Positions 55,491 to 64,000 of a stretch of DNA of 64,000 bases are shown here, one piece after another. Source of the DNA: the human T2T-CHM13v2.0 reference genome, Homo sapiens. The stretch is taken from positions 17,056,001-17,120,000 of the forward strand of contig CP068257.2 in NCBI GenBank assembly GCA_009914755.4, in the 5' to 3' direction. Position numbers and translations under genes: made by a program. The number at the start of each line of letters is the position of its first letter. Position 1 is the stretch's first letter. Under the pieces are notes generated by a model, which saw nothing but the letters and a program-made list of their open reading frames with translations, did not search any database and had not been told where the DNA came from.

Positions 55491-56351
55491 AGATATCTGC
55501 TTTTTGAAAATATCCTTTACTTGGATAATGATGCTTGAAATTGCTGACTGCTGAAAATTAATTAGCTTTTGGGCCATCAGAGCAAGTGGGAATGTAATTG
55601 AGTTCTGTATAGACCAGGGTGTTTCTAAAAGTGTCTTCTTAGGAGAGTTCTAAGGAGACATTTTTTTTTCTCCTCTTTCCATCGAGCACAATAGGTAAAA
55701 CACACAAGTTTCTCTGCCGTTTCTCTTTGTATGAAGGGCTTATTTACCCTGAAGTTTCAACACTCAAGGGCCTCCGCTTGATGCAAAGACCCGAGGCTCT
55801 GTTTCCTTTCCCCACATGGCCACTGAAACAATGCCTCCAATGACTGGGTGAGGCTCACACCCTCAGGGCAGCCCCTGGCACCAGTAACTTCCTATCTCTC
55901 TGGAGTCCTTTGTCTCATGCTGGCCGGATATTACTAGGTCATCCATATGTTTAAAAATTCATTAAAATATATTTTATTCAGCACTTAAATTTTTTTTCTG
56001 TGTTAGAATTATTTTAGGATCTGCTGTTTGCTATGCTTTCTGTTTTTACACGTAATTTCTTCTCAATATTTTCTTTACACCTTCCATGATCCATCTCTTT
56101 CAAAAGATGGTTTAATAATTTATTTTTAGTATCTATTTTGACATGTTACCTTGCTCATGTTTAAGGTTTTCCATTAATTACTCAAAGAAAGATAAAGTAG
56201 GGTAAACAGTGAATAAGAACAGAGAAAATGGGATTGATACCAGCTACAGGTTGAGCATTACCAATCTGGAAATTCATAATTTGAAATATTCCTAATTCTG
56301 AAATTTTCTGAGCACCAACATGATACCACGGGTGGAAAATTCTACCCCTAA

Positions 56352-57132
56352 CTCTTACCGGGGGTCCTTGCTCACAGAGCTCCTCAGATGGTGGCGAGCC
56401 ACTTCCAAGATGGTGGTAGGCCACTTCCAAGATGGTGGCTAGCCTCGTGTTCTCTGACCTGGGGTTCTTGGCCTCACAGATTCCAAGGAATGGAATCTTG
56501 GGCCGTGCGGTGAGTGTTATAGCTCTATTAGAAGCCATGGGTCATGGAAGAGAACCGTGGAACCCAGTGACTAGTGTTCAGCTCAATTAGGATGAACCTG
56601 GGCACTTAGCCGTGCAGGAACAACGGCAAGCCTTTAGCCCAATCAGGATTGGCAATGGGTGCCTCGCTGGTTCAGGAGCACAGCGGACAGCCTGCCGGAT
56701 CCGGAGGGATGGGAGTCAGTGGCAGGTCTGCGACAGCGGCAAACAGCAGTGGTGGAAAGCGAGCGAAAGCTCAGCTCGAGCCGTAACAAACATGGACCAG
56801 AAGAATGCAGTTGCAAGATTTAGTAGAGTGAAATAGAGTGAAAACAGAGCTCCCATACAAAGGCAGGGGACCCAAAGGGGGTTGCCGTTGCCAGCTTGAA
56901 TGCCTGGGTTTACATCCTGATCCTTGTCCCTCCTGCTGTGCTCTCAGGCAATAGATGATTGGCTATTTCTTTACCTCCTGTTTTTGCCTAATTAGCATTT
57001 TAGTGAGCTCTCTGACTGGTTGGGTGTGAGCTAAGTTGCGAGCCCCATGTTTAAAAGTGGATGCGGTCACCTTCCCAGCTAGGCTTAGGGATTCTTAGTC
57101 AGCCTAGGAAATCCAGCTAGTCCTGTCTCTCA
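56352..57132 (-). mobile_element. 3' LTR (~780 bp, complete U3-R-U5) of a HERV-W/ERV9-group provirus (LTR17-like)
   Basis: On the minus strand it starts 'TGAGAGACAGGACTAGCTGGATTTCCTAGGCTGAC...' (reverse complement of 57100-57132) and ends '...GGAGCTCTGTGAGCAAGGACCCCCGGTAAGA' (reverse complement of 56352-56385). A direct-repeat copy lies at 63420 to the window end. Confidence 0.75.
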
Positions 57133-59095
57133 GTACCCGCCCTCAACAGGAAAACCCAAGTGCTGTTGGGGAGGTTGGCCAATGACAGCTCTAACTGCTT
57201 CCTGCTGAATTGGGGCATAGTAGGGGTTGGGCAGTTGTGATTTCCTTGGGAGGGGTGCCTTCGATGTCATTAATATCGGAGCATGGGCTAGCAGGCCAGT
57301 CTAGGGGCCCGCGGTGGATCTTAGTCATGGACTGCATCTGGGGCCCCATTTGAAGAACTATTTGTAGTTTTACAGTTTTGATTCTGGAAGAGACAAACTT
57401 AACAAGGAGGTTAAAGATACAGGGATTGAAATGTATGGCCTGCAGTGCAGGGGATTATTTCTTTGGCATACTTCACAGGCCCTGACTATCTGCTTGATAG
57501 TTTTGAAAAGGCCTGGTCCAGTAAATAATAATTTGGCCATCTGATGGGTGCTATCAATGCCTAAGTGGAAGGTTTGGTGATAAGTAATTTCTATTGGTTA
57601 GCTGCAGACAAAAGTATTTCTCCTTCTTCAGTGGCTAGCCATCTGGAGGGGAGGAAAGTATGTCCTTGTGAGGTTCCCTATTCTATTTTTCCTGCTGAAT
57701 GCTGGGGCTTGGTTTCCTGGAGGGGATTACCCTATACTAGGGGTCCTTCTATAAGCATTTCTAATGGAGGGTCCTGCCTTGCGGCTCTTTTGACTTGAGT
57801 ATCCGCTTGGTGGTTCCTTTCTATTTTCCTTTCTTTTCCTTTCTGATGACCTTGGCAGTGTAAGATTGTTACCTCTTTAGGTTTCTGTACAGCCAATAAT
57901 AATCTCCTAATGGCTTCCTGATGTTTGATACGTGTTCCTTCGGAAGTTAGGAATTCCTTTTCTCTCTACATTGTTGCATGGGCATGGAGGAGTAGGTAAG
58001 CATGCTTAGAGGCTGTATATATATTTACCTTTTTTCTTTCTCCTAATTCTAGTGCCCAAGTGAGGGCTATTAGTTCTGCCAGCTGAGCACTAGTTCTTGG
58101 AGTGAGGGGATTACTTTTAAGTATTCCATTATCACTGACCACTGCATAGCTCACTTTTAGAAGTTTCCTTGTAGAAAAAGGACTTCAATCAGTATACAAG
58201 TTGAGGTCAGGATCAGTCAAGGGAAACTAAAAGGTCCCCTCTAGTGGCATAGGTTTGAGCAATTACTTGTTGACAGTTATGTTCTAACTTTTCTTCATTG
58301 TCTGAAAGAAATGTGGCTGGGTTAAGAGTTGCACAAGTGCGCAGTCGCAGCACTGGCCCTTTAAGTAATAGAGCCTGATATTTAAGTAAATGGTTGTCTG
58401 ACAGCCACGAGTCTCCTTTAGCAGTGAGTATGCCATTCACATCATGAGATGTTCACACAGTAAGATCCCTTCCCTGTATTATTTTAACTGCTTCAGACAC
58501 TAAGACTGCTACTGCTGCCACTACCCGTAAACAATGAGGCCAACCCTTTGCCACTACATCTATTTCCTTACTTAGCTATGCCACAGGTTGCAAGCTCATC
58601 CTTTGGACCCGTGTAAGGACTCCTAGAGCTATTCCTGTTTTTTCTGTGACATATAAAGAAAAGTCTTGCCCGGTTGGCAAGCTCAACACTGGGGCTTGGG
58701 TTAGGGCCTTCTTTAGGGCCTGGAAAGCCGCTTCTGCTTCAGGTGTCCATCTTACTAAATGGGTATTGGCTTTCTGAGTTTCCTTAATTAGTGTATATAA
58801 TGGTCTGGCTATTTCGCAGTACTTAGGAATCCATATTCGGCAGAAAACTGTTATGCCAAGGAACCCTCTTAGTTGCTTTAGGGTTTTGGGATGAGGATAA
58901 GCCAGTATAGGCTGGATACGTTCCTCACTGAGGGCCCTGGTGCCTTTGGATAATTTTAGCCCTAAATATTTAACCTGCTGTGAGCAGAGCTGAGCCTTTC
59001 ATTTGGAAACCTTGTAGCCACAGGTAGCGAGGAAATTAAAGAGTGCTTGGGTGGCTTGATGGCACAAGGTTTCTGAACGGGTGGCTAAAATTAAA

Positions 59096-59419
59096 TCATC
59101 CCTGTACCGAAGGAAGAGTGTCCAGGTGTGAGAATTGGCTCAAGTCATGGGCTAATGCCTGGCCAAATAGATGGGGGCTATCCTTGAACTTTTGGGGTAA
59201 AACAGTCCAGGTGAATTGAGACGTTGGGTTCGAAGAATCCTCAAAGGCAAACAAGAATTGAGAGTTAGGATGTACAGGGATGCAGAAAAAGGCATCTTTA
59301 AGGTCCAGAACTGTAAACCACTCTGCTTCCTCTAGTATTTGGGAAAGCAGAGTATAAGGGTGAGGTACAGCTGGGTATAGAGGGACAACGGCCTCATTGA
59401 TAACCCTGAGATCTTGCAC
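59096..59419 (-). pseudogene. Reverse-transcriptase fragment of the HERV-W-like pol
   Basis: 'VINEAVVPLYPAVPHPYTLLSQILEEAEWFTVLDLKDAFFCIPVHPNSQFLFAFEDSSNPTSQFTWTVLPQKFKDSPHLFGQALAHDLSQF' covers the RT finger/palm region. Confidence 0.8.
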
Positions 59420-60650
59420 TAACCTCCACTGTCCGTTGGGTTTCTGTACTCATAAAATTGGAGTATTGCAGGTGCTACTGCATGCTTTTACTAGGCCTTG
59501 GGCTTTTAGGTCCTTAACAATCTTTTGGAGTCCTTGTTGGGCCTTGGGTCTAAGGGGTACTGCCTTTGGTAGGGAAAGGAGGTGGAATCCTTTAGTTTAA
59601 CTTGAACAGGATGGGCATTCTTTGCTCATCTATATTGTCCCTCCGTTGCCTAGACTTCAGGATTAATTCCTTCCTCAAGCAGGGGACAACAAATGGGTGT
59701 TCCTTCTCCTATGTTCAGGTGTATAATGGCCCTTGCTTTTGCTAGAATGTCTCTCCTTAATAAGGGAGTGGGGCTTTCAGGCATAATTAGAAAAGCATGT
59801 GAAAAGAGTAAAGCTCCACAGTCACAGCTTAGTGGCTGGGAGAAGTATCTAGTGACTGGCTGTCCTAGGACTCCTCAGATAGTGACAGATCTGGAGGACA
59901 GTTGTCTGGGACAGGAGAGTAAGACTGAGAAGGCCGTGCCAGTGTCCAGGAGACAGTTAACCTCCTGGCCCTCAATGGTCAAGCATATCTGGGGCCCTGT
60001 GAGGGTGACAGCATGGGCTGGCACTTGCCCCGGGCACCCTCAGTCCTGCTGCTGAATCATCTAGTTAGTGGCTTCTGACTCAGAGGAGCTTCATCCCCTG
60101 GGGCAGTGGACCTTCCAGTGATTCCTTTGACAGAAGGGGCATGGACGAGGGGGGAGCTTACTTCTACTTGGACAATCTTTTTTTAAAGTGTCCTTGTACA
60201 CCGCACTGGAAGCAAGCCCTATTAGGCATTCGATTTGCCCAGCTTTTCCCTTTTCCAGAGCCTCCAAAGTCCACTTGCCTGAGGACCATGACTAAAGCGG
60301 TGGTCTTTTTTTTTATCCCATTTGTCCCGTTCCGCCTACTCCTCCTGATCTCTATTATAAAAAACAGAGGTTGCCAAGATCAATAGGGTTTCTAAGTTTT
60401 GCTCCAGGCCTAAGGTGGACTTTTGAAGCTTTTTTTCTGATGTCTGAAGCTGACTGAGTGATAAACTTATCCTTTAAGATTAATTGGCCTTCAATAGAGT
60501 CAGGTGACAGAGAGGTATGCTTCCTCAATGCCCCCCTTAGTGTCTCCAGAAAGGCAGTAGGATTTTCTTCCTTTCCCTGTGTTATAGTGGACATCATCGA
60601 ATAATTCATAGGCTTCTTCCTAGTTTTCCTTAGTCCTTCTAGCACGTAAG

Positions 60651-61028
60651 TTAGCTAATGTCTGCAGTACCATGTTCTGATTCTGTGTCCCAGTGAGGAT
60701 CTACACTGGGAACTGCCTGCTGGCCTGTGGGGAATCGTTCTCTTTCCTCTGTTGTCATCCTATCATTGACCTGACTGAGATACCAGAGATCGTCAAACTC
60801 TCGGGCTGCAGTTATGGTGGCACTTCTCTCATTTGGGGTTAGTGTCTGATTTAGCAGTAACATTATATCTCTCCATTGCAGATCAAAGGATTGTCCTAAC
60901 CCTTGTAAAACATCAATATAGCCATCAGGATTATCTGAGAATTTACCTAGGTCTATTTTAATTTGCTTTAAGTCTGAGAGAGAAAAAGGTACATGCACTC
61001 TGGCTGGGCTGAATTCTCTTCCTACCAC
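60651..61028 (-). pseudogene. Gag capsid-region fragment of the HERV-W-like provirus
   Basis: 'PFSLSDLKQIKIDLGKFSDNPDGYIDVLQGLGQSFDLQWRDIMLLLNQTLTPNERSATITAAREFDDLWYLSQVNDRMTTEERERFPTGQQAVPSVDPHWDTESEHG'. Confidence 0.8.
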
Positions 61029-62570
61029 TGCTTGGAGGGGACATAATCAGGGAATATTGGCACTGTTTGGTTCATTGTTCATCCCTTTGTCTATCTCCTT
61101 TGGACCACTTGGGTAACAGGGGGTCCTTATTGGTTGGGGAAGGAGTCGGGGGCATGCTGGGATAGGCAGGTAGACTCTGAGGGCTTCCTGTAGGGCATAA
61201 ACCACACTTTTTACATAATTGCGAGTTGTCTCTTAATGAAAATAAAGTTTGCACCTATGGCACTTCACTACATTTGCCCTCCTTTCTACAGAAGAGATCT
61301 AGCAGTAAGATGTTGTTATAATTTATACTTCTCTCAGGAGGCCAGGTTTCTCCCCCTTGAAGAGGGTATCGTGGCCAGGCGGTACTGCAGAAGAATATAA
61401 GTCATTTCTTTCTTAGCGTCTGAGGGTCAAATTGGTCCTAATTCTCCAGAATACATCTTAGGGGCGTTTTTGCCTTGGGGTGGGGGGAACGTTTCCCATC
61501 TGAAAAAAGAACATAGGGATGCCAGCACCCCTAGTCATTTTCCGATGAGCATTAGCCCTAGAGCGTCCTCTAAGGGCCTAATGCTTATTCTTTTCCAGGG
61601 TGAGTAACCACCCATGGACCTCTGCTTATCGGATTAGTTATGCTCACCGATGTAGCAGTCCTGCACCTGTTTTCCCGCCTCCCTTGACCACAAAGAAAGG
61701 GGTCCGGGCTGCTGGATTCTAGTGGTCCTTTACCAGCATGCCCAACATTGCCTTTGCGACCAGGGGTGAGTCCTAGAGCTTGGCTGGGTTCCTGAGCATT
61801 TCATAACCACCTAGCTGCCCCATTAAGATGCATTCCTATAAAAGCAGTTCTTATGAAAATTTATTTCAAAGAGGGCATAGGTAACCTTTTGAGTAAGGAT
61901 TGAGAAGTCTTTTTGATTCTGTAAGTATTTTAAGGCTTGTCTGAGTGGAAACAGCTGGCATGTTTAAGGAGACAAATTTTTAGGCAATTTTTCTAACTGC
62001 TTCCACAAGAGTCTCTGTATCAATTACTGAATACCCATTGTGGTTTTTTTCCTCAATCACCTGGGAGGAACCATCTATCATCTATCGTCCTGTCCTGAAG
62101 GGAGTTCCTCCTAGGTCTGGTCGGACCTTTGTGTGGTAATTAAGATTTAAATCCTCTGTTAGGAAATCTGCTGGGTTAAGGGAATTATCAGTGGTTGGAG
62201 TTACATTACCCTTTTCTAACAGGATAGCCCCATACTTTAAGATTTTTGAGTTAGTAAGATATCCTTTTTGCTTTTTCGACTTAGAAAACTGGCGAGGTGT
62301 TCTCACAATGAGGTTTCCTCTAAAAGTTATTTTTCTACTTTTAGCAAAGCAGTTGCTGCTACAGATCGAATGCATCTGCGGGTTACTGGGTTAAGGATTT
62401 TTGATAGGAAAGCTACGGGTTGTCAGTGGTCTCAGTGATTTCAGGCTACGCCCTTGTTTACACTGACAACAAGGTAGTATTGCAGTGTTATAGGGTCACG
62501 CAGAAGACCTTCAATTACCAATTATAGATTTTAAATTTACCCTGGCTTTTAAAGGAATAGGGCACACTGG

Positions 62571-62720
62571 TTTTTTTTTTTCTTTACTTTTTTTTTTTTT
62601 TTTTACTATTTCTATCTTTTTCTTTCTTTTTCTCTTTGACTCCTTCTTTATCTCTCTCTCTCTCCGTCTCTCTTTCTGTCTCTCTGTCTCTCTCTCTCTC
62701 CGTCTCTCTCTCTCTCTCTT
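62571..62720. repeat. Poly-T / CT-rich (GA-rich on the element strand) microsatellite within the proviral leader
   Basis: 'tttttttttttctttacttttttttttttttttactatttctatctttttctttctttttctctttgactccttctttatctctctctctctccgtctctctttctgtctctctgtctctctctctctccgtctctctctctctctctt'. Confidence 0.85.
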
Positions 62721-63401
62721 AGCCATTAACAAACTTGGGGCCCTGGCAAGGATGGTGTGGAACGGGTCCCACGTAACTGCCCATGTTGAGAGCTGTATAC
62801 CTAAATCAGAAGGGACACCAGGGATAAGACTCCCTGGGTTATAGCCTAGGTGCTTAAGGACGCAGAGTAGAGCTTCCTTAGATCCCTTTGGAGATACAAC
62901 TTGCTAGAGGAATTAAAAGTCTGAACCATCAGTACCTAGGAGGCAGGGATCAGAGGACGTAGATTCAGAGGTAAGGAGAATATTGGGGCTACACTTTCAA
63001 GAAAGTCGTGGTTGGGACCCAGGAGGTATGGGTCAGAAGGAAAGGTAAGAGGCACATGCATGGGAGACTGTTAAAGAGACTTCTGGCTGCACCATGATCT
63101 CAACCGGCTACCGCCGGGAGCTCGGGACAACAGCTTTCTGCCTCTAGTTGGCCCTCGACTTCCCCAAGAAAATTGAAAGTGGAAGCTACCTCCAGATTGT
63201 CCAATGTCCCCAACCCAGAAGGGTTGGGGGTTGTTAGAAAGCCCTTCCCCAGATAGCCTCACACCTGGGTCTTAAGTCTGGCGGCCACGCTAATCATTTT
63301 TAACTGGCTGACAAGTGCCCGGTATTTTCCTTCAATTCTAAGAAAGGATAGGACAGAAGAGCAAGTGAAAGTGGTCCAATATTACTCACCGCTTTGGAGG
63401 T

Positions 63402-63419
63402 TCCTTCCTGGTTGCCAAA
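63402..63419 (-). promoter_or_regulatory. Putative primer-binding site (18 nt, tRNA-Arg-like, degenerate) immediately downstream of the 5' LTR
   Basis: The minus strand reads '...CCACCAT|TTTGGCAACCAGGAAGGAACC...', resembling the ERV9/HERV-W-group PBS TGGCGACCACGAAGGGAC with 3-4 substitutions. Confidence 0.4.

Positions 63420-64000
<581 letters not shown>

Larger units (their letters stand above)
57133..63401 (-). mobile_element. HERV-W-like (class I, ERV9/HERV-W group) proviral internal region, ~6.3 kb: leader, gag, pro and pol (RT, RNase H, integrase) remnants with multiple frameshifts; env is absent, as the 3' LTR follows the integrase region directly
   Basis: Minus-strand ORFs: 61072-61254 (..QTLFSLRDNSQLCKKCGLCPTGSPQSLPAYPS.., gag MA/p15 region); 60651-61028 (..PFSLSDLKQIKIDLGKFSDNPDGYIDVLQGLGQSFDLQWRDIMLLLNQTLTPNERSATITAAREFDDLWYLSQVNDRMTTEERERFPTGQQAVPSVDPHWDTESEHG.., gag CA); 60355-60645 (..LEGLRKTRKKPMNYSMMSTITQGKEENPTAFLETLRGALRKHTSLSPDSIEGQLILKDKFITQSASDIRKK..); 59096-59419 (..VINEAVVPLYPAVPHPYTLLSQILEEAEWFTVLDLKDAFFCIPVHPNSQFLFAFEDSSNPTSQFTWTVLPQKFKDSPHLFGQALAHDLSQF.., RT); 58213-58440 and 57966-58154 (..YAVVSDNGILKSNPLTPRTSAQLAELIALTWALELGERKKVNIYTASKHAYLLLHAHA.., RNase H). 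These match my memory of HERV-W (MSRV/ERVWE1-type) gag and pol. Confidence 0.75.

Overview
This window is primate (almost certainly human or great-ape) nuclear DNA, not a prokaryotic locus. Evidence: several Alu SINEs including a young AluY, LINE-1 fragments, MaLR/THE1 LTR retrotransposons, a MADE1 mariner MITE, (CA)n microsatellites, and a HERV-W-like provirus. The window is AT-rich, gene-poor and repeat-dense. I could not support any host protein-coding exon, tRNA, rRNA, CRISPR array or operon-like system from sequence alone, and almost every listed ORF of 60 aa or more lies inside a transposable element or a microsatellite. Main contents are: an ancient L1 3' end at 1-1790; a 5'-truncated THE1/MST element at 3553-4449; a solo MaLR LTR at 9739-10078; two full-length THE1/MST-type elements at 15064-17365 and 35661-37850, the second inserted into an old minus-strand L1 with a 5-bp TSD and carrying an uninterrupted 290-aa internal ORF; and an old, near full-length but internally deleted L1 at ~27970-33080 that hosts a young L1 3' fragment showing twin-priming 5' inversion, poly-A and an ~18-bp TSD, plus a truncated Alu with a 14-bp TSD. 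It also contains six Alu elements; an ~750-bp AT-rich complex microsatellite with an embedded 125-bp duplicated segment; an LTR-like block with TATA, AATAAA and tandem repeats at 53.4-54.1 kb; and, at 56352 to the window end, an env-deleted HERV-W/ERV9-group provirus on the minus strand with a complete 3' LTR, gag, pro and pol remnants, an Arg-like PBS and a partial 5' LTR. No novel 'system' in the prokaryotic sense is present. The points worth a second look are structural: nested retrotransposition events, inverted and direct local duplicates, and hairpin-forming MITEs.
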